In this document: one piece after another, positions 7,156-16,472 of the stretch
How the letters are laid out: each line of letters begins with the position of its first letter
Numbering within the stretch: the first letter of the stretch is position 1
Virus record (IMG/VR): IMGVR_UViG_3300032270_001157
Coordinates: 1-64,000 of that record
Direction: 5' to 3' (one strand)
Origin: a virus
Taxonomy: Duplodnaviria; Caudoviricetes
DNA length: 64,000 nucleotides
Position numbers and translations under genes: made by a program
The notes under the pieces: generated by a model
What the model saw: only the letters and a program-made list of their open reading frames with translations
What the model was told of the DNA's origin: nothing
The model's database searches: none

Positions 7156-8823
7156 ATGTCTAACAAAAAACTCAAAATTTTAATGTGTTCTGAAGCCAGT
7201 TTTTTAAGTTCGGGCTTTGGTACTTATGCCAAAGAAATCTTAAAAAGACTCCACGCTACTGGTAAATATGAAATAGCAGAATTTGCTTCTTATGGGAAAG
7301 TTAATGATCCCAAAGACGTAGATATTCATTGGAGATATTATGCCAATGCTGTGGACGATAGAGATCCAAGACATAAAGAATATAATAGCTCAATGGAAAA
7401 TCAGTTCGGGAGATGGAGGTTTGAAAGAGTTCTTTTAGACTTTCAACCAGACATCGTATTTGATGTAAGAGACTATTGGATGAATTCTTATCAGCAGTTT
7501 TCACCACTACGCCCATTTTATCATTGGGCACTTATGCCAACAGTAGACTCTGCTCCACAACAAGAGGAGTGGATTGATACTTTTATGCACGCTGATGCTA
7601 TCTTTACATATTCTGACTTTGGTAAAGACACCGTATTAGAACAAAGCAATAATCAAATTAAGTATATTGACACAACATCTCCCGGTGTTGATCTTGATAC
7701 TTTTAATATTATTGCAGATAAGAAGTCTGTGAAAAAAGCTTTAGGCTTAGATGAAAATAGTTTCATTATCGGCTCTGTGATGCGTAACCAAAAGAGAAAG
7801 CTTATTCCAGAGCTTTTTGTTTCTTTGCGTAAATTGCTAGATAGGTTTCAGTCAGAAAATAATCCTATTGGGGAAAAAACATATCTATATTTACATACCA
7901 GCTATCCAGATGCCGGTTGGGACTTGCCACAATTATTAAAAGAATATAAGGTAGGTAATAGGGTTCTATTTACATATAGTTGTAAAAATTGCTCATTTCT
8001 TCAGCCATCTTTGTTTCAGCACCCTTTGGCGTTCTGTCCAAGATGCGGACAAAAGTCTTTTTCCATGCCGAATGTAAGCTCTGGAGTAAAATCTCAGGCT
8101 TTAGCTACTATTATTAATAGCTTTGATATTTATGTTCAATATGCTATTTGCGAAGGCTTTGGTATGCCTCAAGTAGAAGCAGCAGCTTGCGGAGTACCAA
8201 TAGCTTCCGTAGACTATAGTGCTATGAGTGACGTAGTGAGAAAAGTCAATGGTTATCCAGTCAAAATTAATCAATTTTTTAAGGAACTAGAAACCAAAGC
8301 GGTTCGTGCATACCCAGACAATGATCATCTTGTAGAAATACTACATAATTATCATAGCCTTCCTGATTTCTTAAAAGAACAAAAAAGATTTGAAACCAGA
8401 AAGCTAACAGAAGAACACTATAATTGGGACCATATTGCCCAAAAGTGGGAAAAATATTTTGATAATGTTAAGCTTACTGGGACACAAGGCAAATGGTCAG
8501 AAAATCTACCAATGCTAGAACCCATCAAAGAACCAAAAGATAGAGTGAATCCATATGATTTTATGACGCACTCAGTATCCAAGAATATGCCACAACACCA
8601 GCTTGCATCATCTATGATACTATTAAATATGATTAAAGATTTGGACTATGGATTTGCTATAAATGGAATACAAACAGAGCCATATGATTTACAAAAGGCT
8701 CTAGATGTGGTTAATAACCTTATCAATAATAATAATTTAGCACAAAATGCAAAGGCAAATCAGGAAAATCTAAGAACTGATGACTTTATTCAATATGCTC
8801 ATATGAAAGAAAATCTAAAATGA
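7156..8823 (+). CDS. GT-B (GT4-like) glycosyltransferase with inserted CxxC...CxxC motif
   Basis: SGFGTYAKE, RNQKRK, EGFGMPQVEAAACGVP. CKNC/CPRC at 7981-8046. Confidence 0.9.
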   Translation: MSNKKLKILMCSEASFLSSGFGTYAKEILKRLHATGKYEIAEFASYGKVNDPKDVDIHWRYYANAVDDRDPRHKEYNSSMENQFGRWRFERVLLDFQPDIVFDVRDYWMNSYQQFSPLRPFYHWALMPTVDSAPQQEEWIDTFMHADAIFTYSDFGKDTVLEQSNNQIKYIDTTSPGVDLDTFNIIADKKSVKKALGLDENSFIIGSVMRNQKRKLIPELFVSLRKLLDRFQSENNPIGEKTYLYLHTSYPDAGWDLPQLLKEYKVGNRVLFTYSCKNCSFLQPSLFQHPLAFCPRCGQKSFSMPNVSSGVKSQALATIINSFDIYVQYAICEGFGMPQVEAAACGVPIASVDYSAMSDVVRKVNGYPVKINQFFKELETKAVRAYPDNDHLVEILHNYHSLPDFLKEQKRFETRKLTEEHYNWDHIAQKWEKYFDNVKLTGTQGKWSENLPMLEPIKEPKDRVNPYDFMTHSVSKNMPQHQLASSMILLNMIKDLDYGFAINGIQTEPYDLQKALDVVNNLINNNNLAQNAKANQENLRTDDFIQYAHMKENLK

Positions 8824-9941
8824 ATGTATTGTTCGTAGGACCGTATAGACAACAAGACGGATGGGGTTTAGCTACCCAAAGCTATATTAGGGCTTTAGCT
8901 TCTCAAAAGCACAACCTAACAACTAGACCTGTGTTTTTAGGTTCTCCATCCAACGTAATAGCTGATGATATTTTAGCTTATGAAAACTCATTATATGATT
9001 CTTATGATGTAGTTATTCAAAAGACCCTACCTCACGGCCTATTCTATAATAAAAGGTTTAAGAAAAATATCGGCTTATTCGTTTTAGAAACTAATCATAT
9101 AGGTAATTCATCCTGTTTGTTCAATATTAATCAAATGGATGAAATTTGGGTACCTAGTAAACAAGAACAGAAGTGCTTGTTAAAGTCTGGAGTGACTAAA
9201 CCAGTCAAGGTAGTATCTCAGCCTTTAGATGTAGACTTTATTAACAATAATAGAGAGCATACTCTAGATCTTCATTCATTAGTAAAAAAGACCTTTAAGT
9301 TTTATTTTATCGGTGAATATGTTGAACGTAAAAATATTCAAGATTTAGTAACAGCTTTTCATTTAGCTTTCGATATGACCCAATCAGTATCTCTAATTAT
9401 TAAAACTAATATATCTGGTATGTCTGTTGTCGATTCTCAAAAAATTATTGAGAAAGACATTGAGACTATTAAAAAACAGCTGAATATTAGTAAAAAATAC
9501 AAACAAGAAATTGTAATTACAGATAGACTATCAGATAAAGATATTATTGGGCTACATAATTCTTGTGACTGTTTTGTTATGCCTTCATATGGAGAGGCAT
9601 TCTGTCGCCCAGCAGCGGAAGCTCTTGTATTAGGTAAAACCCCCATTGTAACAGACAATACTGGCATGATAGACTATGTTAATCATGACAATGGTTTTAT
9701 AGTTCAAAGCCACAGGACTCCGGTCGTCATCAATCAAAGAACTTTGTCAGCGGACTATGATATATACAACGCTAATGAATATTGGTACAGAGTTAATATG
9801 TATGATCTGATCGAAAAAATGAGATCCGCATATACTATGAATAAAACCGAGCAAAAAAAGCTTGAAGAAAAAAGATCACTAGGAAGAAACATCATCAATC
9901 AATTTAGTTATCAACACATCGGGGACAATCTATGTATCTGA
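8820..9941 (+). CDS. GT-B (GT4-like) glycosyltransferase
   Basis: DGWGLATQSY, FYFIGEYVERKNI, CDCFVMPSYGEAFCRPAAEALVLGKTPIVT. Confidence 0.9.
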   Translation: MNVLFVGPYRQQDGWGLATQSYIRALASQKHNLTTRPVFLGSPSNVIADDILAYENSLYDSYDVVIQKTLPHGLFYNKRFKKNIGLFVLETNHIGNSSCLFNINQMDEIWVPSKQEQKCLLKSGVTKPVKVVSQPLDVDFINNNREHTLDLHSLVKKTFKFYFIGEYVERKNIQDLVTAFHLAFDMTQSVSLIIKTNISGMSVVDSQKIIEKDIETIKKQLNISKKYKQEIVITDRLSDKDIIGLHNSCDCFVMPSYGEAFCRPAAEALVLGKTPIVTDNTGMIDYVNHDNGFIVQSHRTPVVINQRTLSADYDIYNANEYWYRVNMYDLIEKMRSAYTMNKTEQKKLEEKRSLGRNIINQFSYQHIGDNLCI

Positions 9942-10852
9942 GCTTTATTACTGGTAATATTCTAGAAAAATTTACAGACGATAAGCACAATATAGTATAT
10001 TATCCTCAAAATAATATGTTTGATCATCTTTTAGCTAGTATTAATGATCATACGTACTATATATTTGGGCAAGGTAAGAATAACTATAGAACAAATAATA
10101 TTATCAATTTACCAAATGATCTTATTTCTCTGTATAATTATAACTTATCTATTACGAATAATATTCTTGGATATACATCTAATAATCTTAAACATTTGCA
10201 TTTAAACAGTATTATCTGTACACATTCTCACAAGCCTCCGTATATTAAAAAAGAAGATTCTCTACTCATGGATCAAAGACTAGTCCAAGAAACCAAAGTC
10301 TTTTTTACAGAATCTAGTAAGGAGTCTTGGAGAACCAGTAATGGACATGTTATTAAGTATGGTATTCCAGAAATATTTGTAAATGATACTCCTTCAGAAA
10401 ATAGAAAAGATGTCTTAGTGCTGAATTTTGAAGATACTCCCTACGCTAAACAAATTCAACAAGCTCTGGTGAATAATAATTATTCTTGTGATATCATGGA
10501 ATCATGCTCCATGAGCACTCAAGAGATTGCTCAAAAATTTAATAATTACAAGGTTTGTGTGGATCTCTCTGAACATAATATTATTAATCTTTTGTGTGCT
10601 ATTGCCGCTGGTTGCTCAACTATTACTATGATGCCTCAAACACTAGCTACAGAATATACTAATTTAGATGGTTTGGTTTTTATTGAATCGGCTAATCAGA
10701 TAGGGGAAGCTATTAAATTAGCTCTTCCTATATCAGACCAACAAAGAAAAGACAATAGAGACCAAGTAATAGAGAGGTTTCCTTTACAGAACTTTAAAAC
10801 GCAATTTAATTCTTTAATTACCAAAGCTAATATGGAGGCATTTATACTATGA
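9932..10852 (+). CDS. Divergent GT-B-like protein
   Basis: C-terminal FNNYKVCVDL...LLCAIAAGC resembles the GT4 donor-binding segment but lacks the EAxAxG Glu. Confidence 0.5.
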   Translation: MYLSFITGNILEKFTDDKHNIVYYPQNNMFDHLLASINDHTYYIFGQGKNNYRTNNIINLPNDLISLYNYNLSITNNILGYTSNNLKHLHLNSIICTHSHKPPYIKKEDSLLMDQRLVQETKVFFTESSKESWRTSNGHVIKYGIPEIFVNDTPSENRKDVLVLNFEDTPYAKQIQQALVNNNYSCDIMESCSMSTQEIAQKFNNYKVCVDLSEHNIINLLCAIAAGCSTITMMPQTLATEYTNLDGLVFIESANQIGEAIKLALPISDQQRKDNRDQVIERFPLQNFKTQFNSLITKANMEAFIL

Positions 10853-11265
10853 TTCATCAACTTAATATAGTAGTCAATCCCGAAACAGATGTTCTTGATG
10901 GATATTCTAATTTAGAAATTGACAATGTTCCACAAATTACTAATGGCTTTGTTAATGCTATTGTTTTTACTACAATAGATAAAGTTTCGCAGCAAAAAAG
11001 AGATAAGATATTTGTGGAGTTACTCAAAAAGCTGACTCGTGGAGGATCTTTAACGGTTAGGTTTTTAAATCCAGAATCCATTTGTCACAAGATCAAAAAC
11101 GGAACCTGTTCAGGATCATCATTCGCTTCAATGGTAAGTAATATTCAGTCATCATGGATGGAAACAGAATTTTTATCTCTAATATCATCTATCCAGGGAG
11201 TTGACCTAATTAAACATGTTCATGAAGATGTTTACTCTATAGCTGTGATAGAAAAGAGCAAATGA
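10849..11265 (+). CDS. Hypothetical protein, possible truncated class I methyltransferase-like fold
   Basis: LLKKLTRGGSLTVRF resembles the post-motif-IV segment of SAM MTases. No glycine-rich motif I is seen. Confidence 0.35.
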   Translation: MIHQLNIVVNPETDVLDGYSNLEIDNVPQITNGFVNAIVFTTIDKVSQQKRDKIFVELLKKLTRGGSLTVRFLNPESICHKIKNGTCSGSSFASMVSNIQSSWMETEFLSLISSIQGVDLIKHVHEDVYSIAVIEKSK

Positions 11266-11954
11266 GTAAGATATCTTCAGTAATACTATCCTATGAAATT
11301 ACTAAAGGAATGAAGTCTTTTGGTCCTATTGGATTATTAAAATCTAAAGCTAATGGCAAAGAATTAATTCTATGTCAAATGGAGGGACTAGAAAAACTAT
11401 TCAAAAATACTGATATTTTTGTAGTCTCTGGATTTGGCTATGAAAAGCTCAATAAAATTATGCCCAAAGACACCCACACCATTCTGAATAATGAATTTCA
11501 AAATAAGAGTCATGGATATGCTATTAAACTAATATTAGCCCAGCACGACCTAGACAAGTATGCCGGGGTTTTTATTATCAATAATGGAGTAATCATAAAG
11601 GCTCAGACACTCTCCAAGAAGCTGCCATTTAATCACTCTTGGGTGTTGTCCAAAAATATTAAAGCAAACCAGCAAAACAGCAAATTCTTGGGTTCTGTGA
11701 CCAACGAAGAAGGTTTGATGGAGTATATTTTCTATAATGTCGGACAACATTCTTGGTGCGAAGGAGTTTATCTCTGTAATAAAGATATTAAAAAAATATT
11801 GTCGTCAATAGATAGTTATTATGATAATATGTTTTTATTTGAGATCATTAATAAGTCAATATCGCAAAACATAAAATATCAACAAATAGTCTTGGGGTCA
11901 GATGACGTTATAAGTATTTATGGAATGAAAGACAAACACAAAATTAAAGTATAA
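11262..11954 (+). CDS. Divergent sugar-phosphate nucleotidyltransferase-like (GT-A/LicC-like) protein
   Basis: VILSYEITKGMKSFGPIGLLK, IFVVSGF and ILNNEF resemble the NTP-transferase N-terminus. The GxG loop is degenerate. Confidence 0.55.
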   Translation: MSKISSVILSYEITKGMKSFGPIGLLKSKANGKELILCQMEGLEKLFKNTDIFVVSGFGYEKLNKIMPKDTHTILNNEFQNKSHGYAIKLILAQHDLDKYAGVFIINNGVIIKAQTLSKKLPFNHSWVLSKNIKANQQNSKFLGSVTNEEGLMEYIFYNVGQHSWCEGVYLCNKDIKKILSSIDSYYDNMFLFEIINKSISQNIKYQQIVLGSDDVISIYGMKDKHKIKV

Positions 11955-11957
11955 ATT

Positions 11958-12746
11958 ATGAAGAAAAAACTCAAAGTAATTACTCACATTTCAGCAGATA
12001 GCGAGTATAGATCATTTATTAAAAATCTATATCACGACAATGATATGCTGGAAGTATCATCTACTAATGCCCACGGCAATCTTTTTGAAATATATTATCA
12101 ACATAAGCCAGATGTTATAGTATTGTGTGCCAGTGAATATACTCAAGAGTTTCATGATTTCATTAGTGAGCACGAAAAACATCTACAAATAGTTTTGTTT
12201 ATTAATGTTCCTATTAATAATGAGCAATTAATAGATTTTTGGAATAATACTTCTATACTTGGAGTAGGACGCAAAGACTATTTAACAACTAAGTCATTGA
12301 ATAATGATACGCTATTTTATGATAAACTATATGATGATACTATTTTCTCTAAAGAAGATGGTGGTCAGAGAAATGACAAAATAGCTGTTCTCTTATCAAA
12401 AAATGATGAGATCAATGACAAGATCATAGGACCATATTTATATCCGGCCACTAAAGAAAAGCTAGTATTATTTAATTCCCAGACATATAAAAAATTTCAG
12501 AACGTGGGAACATTGAATGCTCCTGATGTTTGTTTGATTTTTAATACCTATAAGTGTCTGGTAGACCTGGATAACAATTATGAATTAGAAGCGAAGGTTT
12601 GCGAAATAGATAATATTTCTCTTGATGGAAACCTACTCGAAAATATTCAGAATCGTATTTTAAAAAATACTGATATAAATATTAAAGAGTCTTCTTATGA
12701 ATATTTTATTAAAAACAAATTTCTTCCTAAACTTATAAAGGGATAA
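11958..12746 (+). CDS. Hypothetical protein, possibly GT-B-derived
   Basis: Full ORF in the operon. FNTYKCLVDL...LEAKVC echoes the GT-B C-terminal motif. Confidence 0.45.
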   Translation: MKKKLKVITHISADSEYRSFIKNLYHDNDMLEVSSTNAHGNLFEIYYQHKPDVIVLCASEYTQEFHDFISEHEKHLQIVLFINVPINNEQLIDFWNNTSILGVGRKDYLTTKSLNNDTLFYDKLYDDTIFSKEDGGQRNDKIAVLLSKNDEINDKIIGPYLYPATKEKLVLFNSQTYKKFQNVGTLNAPDVCLIFNTYKCLVDLDNNYELEAKVCEIDNISLDGNLLENIQNRILKNTDINIKESSYEYFIKNKFLPKLIKG

Positions 12747-12748
12747 TC

Positions 12749-13216
12749 ATGGATATAGGTTTTTATTTATTGGATGTTGAACCAGATAATGCTGTTCAAA
12801 ATAAAATTATTACAGCTATTAACGACCTCTGTCGTCTATGTCCATATGATAATATAGTCTTGTTTAATAATCAATTTAATAAGATAGATGTTGGACACAA
12901 ATATTATACGTTACATATCCAACAGGCTAAATACTTTGACGGTATTCTTTTTGTTTTTGATGTTAAGAGCGCCATGCTAACTCAGACCTTCCCATCTCCC
13001 AAAAAACAAATACTATATGTCTCGAATCCAGAGTGGCACAATAACGGATCTATTCCTCATGGTTTTTGGCATAACATATATTTGAAGAATAATTTTGAAC
13101 TTATTACCGATAATCAGCAGACATATGACTTGTGTGAAATCTGCTGGAAGAAACCCCTTAGTTTAATTCAAGATATTAATAGTCAGGAGCTTCAAGGTGT
13201 CATCTCACAAATATAA
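12749..13216 (+). CDS. Hypothetical protein
   Basis: 155-aa ORF tightly packed in the operon. Confidence 0.6.
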   Translation: MDIGFYLLDVEPDNAVQNKIITAINDLCRLCPYDNIVLFNNQFNKIDVGHKYYTLHIQQAKYFDGILFVFDVKSAMLTQTFPSPKKQILYVSNPEWHNNGSIPHGFWHNIYLKNNFELITDNQQTYDLCEICWKKPLSLIQDINSQELQGVISQI

Positions 13217-13988
13217 AAAATTAACTGATACAGATAAAATAGCAGTTTTACAACAGCATTATGTTAAAGAAAAACTAAGTTTCCAAGATATTGCTGAACT
13301 ATATGGAACATATGCTAATCAGATAAGAAGAGATGCTAAGAAATTCGAAATTCCCATTAGAGATAAGAGTGAGGCTCAAAAAAATGCTTTGTCTTCTGGG
13401 AAACATAAGCATCCAACAAAAGGAATAGCTCGTAGCGAAGAAACTAAAGAAAAAATTGGTTCTGGAGTTATGGGAGCATGGAATAATCTTAGTCCAGATG
13501 AATTACAAAAAAGACAAGATAAAAGTAGGCAAAATTGGGAAAAGCTAAGTGAAGAAGAGAAGGGGAATATTGTAAAAGCTGCAAATACCGCAGCTAGACT
13601 AAGTAGTAAAACTGGTTCAAAATTAGAAAAATTTATCCTAAAAAAGCTTTTAACAGATGGATACTCTGTGGAATTGCACAAGGAGCAATTGCTATCAAAT
13701 ACCAAGTTGCAAATTGACCTGTTCTTGCCTACAATGAACGTAGCGATAGAAGTTGATGGGCCGTCTCATTTTTCTCCCATATGGGGAGAGGATGCTCTTA
13801 AAAAGAATCAGAGTTATGACGAGAAGAAGAATGGATTGATTATCGGTAGGGGATTGTCGTTGATTAGGATAAAGCAGTGTAGGGATTTTTCTAATGCTAG
13901 AGCTAATTTAATTTACTCAAGACTATTAGACTGTTTACAAAATAAAACATATCAGAATAATACTATAACAAACATAGAGGATGAATAA
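13197..13988 (+). CDS. HTH/NUMOD3-like + DUF559/Vsr-type endonuclease (homing-endonuclease-like)
   Basis: HTH-like SFQDIAELYGTYANQIRR, NUMOD3-like GIARSEETKEKI and nuclease motif QIDLFLP..VAIEVDGPSH. Confidence 0.75.
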   Translation: MSSHKYKKLTDTDKIAVLQQHYVKEKLSFQDIAELYGTYANQIRRDAKKFEIPIRDKSEAQKNALSSGKHKHPTKGIARSEETKEKIGSGVMGAWNNLSPDELQKRQDKSRQNWEKLSEEEKGNIVKAANTAARLSSKTGSKLEKFILKKLLTDGYSVELHKEQLLSNTKLQIDLFLPTMNVAIEVDGPSHFSPIWGEDALKKNQSYDEKKNGLIIGRGLSLIRIKQCRDFSNARANLIYSRLLDCLQNKTYQNNTITNIEDE

Positions 13989-14719
13989 TGGCTAAGGAAA
14001 AGAAGGTGGCGGAAGTGGCTAGTGCGTCTGTGGATTCAACAGAACCAACACCAGTAAAAGTCACACCTAATGATCTAGGATGGACCGATTATGTTTTGGG
14101 ATTATTGTCTGATGATGAAAAAATCGCTGGCAATCCTACCACAGACGGTTTAAGGCGTGTGTTTGAAATTGCTTTAAATTGTGATATGATTGATTCATCT
14201 AGTGAGGTTGTTCAAAGTCCTGATCCGTCTAATGAAAAAAGAGCCACGGTTTCTCACCGTATCTCCTATGTTTTAAAAGACGATTCTGTACCAGCAGATT
14301 CTAAATTTAGGTCTGTAACTGGCGCTGCGGACGTTTTTTGGGGAAATTGTGACAAGATATATCGTAATTATCCAGTAGCCGTAGCAGAAACTAGAGCAGA
14401 AGGCAGGGCTCTAAGAAGAGGTCTTAAACTTAGGAAAGTTGTTGCTGCTGAAGAAATGGCTAAAGAAATTGAGGATCATCCAGATGCAAATTCAGTATCT
14501 AAGATTAGTGTGAATCAAATCAACTTTATAGATGTAATTGCACAAAGATTAAATGTTAATGTTGTTAATTTAATAAAATCACTTGCAATTTCTGAGGAGA
14601 ACATATATAATATCTCACATGAGGACGCAGTAGGCGTTATCAGACATTTGACCTCGTATCAACAAGATATGAGTAAAATTACAGAAGAATTAACAGGGTA
14701 TCTACCAAACTGGAAATAA
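13988..14719 (+). CDS. Putative Rad52/Sak-like single-strand annealing protein
   Basis: GAAD...AVAETRAEGRALRR resembles the ETxAxGRAL helix of Rad52-like phage annealases. It lies in the replication module. Confidence 0.5.
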   Translation: MAKEKKVAEVASASVDSTEPTPVKVTPNDLGWTDYVLGLLSDDEKIAGNPTTDGLRRVFEIALNCDMIDSSSEVVQSPDPSNEKRATVSHRISYVLKDDSVPADSKFRSVTGAADVFWGNCDKIYRNYPVAVAETRAEGRALRRGLKLRKVVAAEEMAKEIEDHPDANSVSKISVNQINFIDVIAQRLNVNVVNLIKSLAISEENIYNISHEDAVGVIRHLTSYQQDMSKITEELTGYLPNWK

Positions 14720-14723
14720 TATT

Positions 14724-15056
14724 ATGAAAGTAACTTATACAGCCAACGATAAATTATCTTTTGAATTAGAAGCTGCTGGACAAAAGGAAATTTTTAAGGA
14801 ATTAGCCTTAATTCAGGAGATCTTTTCAGAAGATAAGTGCGGGTTGTGTAAGAGTACTAATTTGAAGTTTATAGTTCGTAATGTCGAAGGTAACGATTAT
14901 TATGAACTAAGATGTATGGACTGTGGGGCAATATTGTCTTTCGGTCAGCATAAAAAGGGTGGTACTCTATTTCCTAAGCGTAAAGATGACGAAAACAATT
15001 GGTTACCAAATAATGGTTGGCACAAATGGCAAAAAAATCAGGCAGACAAAACCTAA
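14724..15056 (+). CDS. Small zinc-ribbon protein
   Basis: CGLC ... CMDC pair. Confidence 0.65.
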   Translation: MKVTYTANDKLSFELEAAGQKEIFKELALIQEIFSEDKCGLCKSTNLKFIVRNVEGNDYYELRCMDCGAILSFGQHKKGGTLFPKRKDDENNWLPNNGWHKWQKNQADKT

Positions 15057-16006
15057 AGAATCGGTTGGACGAAGTTGTATATCAACTAAATAGGTGTGGA
15101 GTATTGCAAAGTTGTATTATTCACACACTTGTACTATTGGTTATGTCTTTAACCTTTTTTGTAGAAGAACCTCTTAAAAGAGTAAAAATAAGCCTATCTT
15201 TTAATGACGTAGAAACAGCATCTGTTGATTCTGAACCGGTTTTAGATATTTTGCCAACCACAGAATCTGTATCCGAAGAAGACATCAATGACAGTGTTGT
15301 TGATGGAACCATATCCGCAATGGATAGCGCACAGACTAATGATCAATTAGCAATTGCTGAAGAAGAAAATTTATCTCTAACAGATCTGGATTCAGCCTCT
15401 CTGTCAGACCCTATAATGAGCGTAGACACCAAAGAATTAGATCGCATAGTGGTACGAGAACCATCTCCAAAGCGAGTATCTGTTAAAACCAGTAATAAAA
15501 CCACCAACACCAATAGTAACTCCTCTGGAACAAACGCAGGTGGCACAGGGTTAGGTGCTGGTAATCAAGTTGTTGTAGATTCTATTGGAGAAAGATTAAA
15601 AATGGCAGGAGCAAAAACCGGAGATGTACAAGTCTCTATCGGTTGGAATACTATAGATGATATTGATTTGCATGTAAATTTTAAAAACAACTTTGGATTA
15701 TCTTTTATCAACTGGATGAGCCCAAATGGAGCGTGTGGAGGGGAGCTAGACGTTGATATGAATGCCAATCGCACATATCTTACTAATAAGCCAGTCGAAA
15801 ATGTTTATTGGCCAGCTGGTAAATCTTTAGATGGAGAATACATTGTAGGAATTCACCACTTCAGAAATTGGTCTGGACAAGCAGTTGTTCCAGTGACAAT
15901 CATTATTAAGGTTGGTGGATCTACCAAAGTGTTGCAAGTTAATGCTGTTTATGGTCAAGGGGTTACAGAAATAACTAGATTTAGTAAGGTTGGATCGGCA
16001 AAATAG
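15026..16006 (+). CDS. Membrane-anchored protein with SxxxH TM helix, acidic linker and C-terminal YfaP/DUF2135-like domain
   Basis: TM SCIIHTLVLLVMSLTFF, then a D/E/S-rich linker, then DVQVSIGWNTIDDIDLHV...GELDVDMNA...VENVYWP...GEYIVGIHHF. Confidence 0.7.
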   Translation: MAKKSGRQNLKNRLDEVVYQLNRCGVLQSCIIHTLVLLVMSLTFFVEEPLKRVKISLSFNDVETASVDSEPVLDILPTTESVSEEDINDSVVDGTISAMDSAQTNDQLAIAEEENLSLTDLDSASLSDPIMSVDTKELDRIVVREPSPKRVSVKTSNKTTNTNSNSSGTNAGGTGLGAGNQVVVDSIGERLKMAGAKTGDVQVSIGWNTIDDIDLHVNFKNNFGLSFINWMSPNGACGGELDVDMNANRTYLTNKPVENVYWPAGKSLDGEYIVGIHHFRNWSGQAVVPVTIIIKVGGSTKVLQVNAVYGQGVTEITRFSKVGSAK

Positions 16007-16472
16007 TTCCCCATTTATCTACAGGGCATTTTTGGTCTTTGTGAGCTAGTTTGTTCTGGTGGTTGGCTTCTCTTACAACTGTACATCCACACAATAAACA
16101 AGAATTATCTTTAAAATACTCACAGGCATTGCATATTGATAATCTTTGATCTATTTCCTCAGCGGAGCAAAGGTTTTCTGGAGTATTTTTAGCAGCTTTT
16201 TCTTTATCTATAGCTTCTTGTTTAATTTGATCCAATAAAATACTACCCATATTATCTGCCCCAGAAATATGCTGAGGCTTTTTCAGACTAGGGTTGTCGG
16301 TATGATTAACGTGTATTTGATGGGCTAAATCTTCTAGCTTTTTAAAGCACATAATTTTAGTGTCAGGTTGTTCTAACCCGACAGTCAATCCACAGTATTT
16401 ACATTTATAAAGTGGTTTATTATTAAAGCTAGTATCTAAGCTTTCTAGATCACAATATGCTGTTTTATTCAT
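15981..16472 (-). CDS. Cys-rich small protein
   Basis: CKYC and RLSICNACEY..CLLCGC...CPVDKW. ATG 16472 overlaps the upstream stop. Confidence 0.75.
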   Translation of the reverse strand: MNKTAYCDLESLDTSFNNKPLYKCKYCGLTVGLEQPDTKIMCFKKLEDLAHQIHVNHTDNPSLKKPQHISGADNMGSILLDQIKQEAIDKEKAAKNTPENLCSAEEIDQRLSICNACEYFKDNSCLLCGCTVVREANHQNKLAHKDQKCPVDKWGTILPIQPY

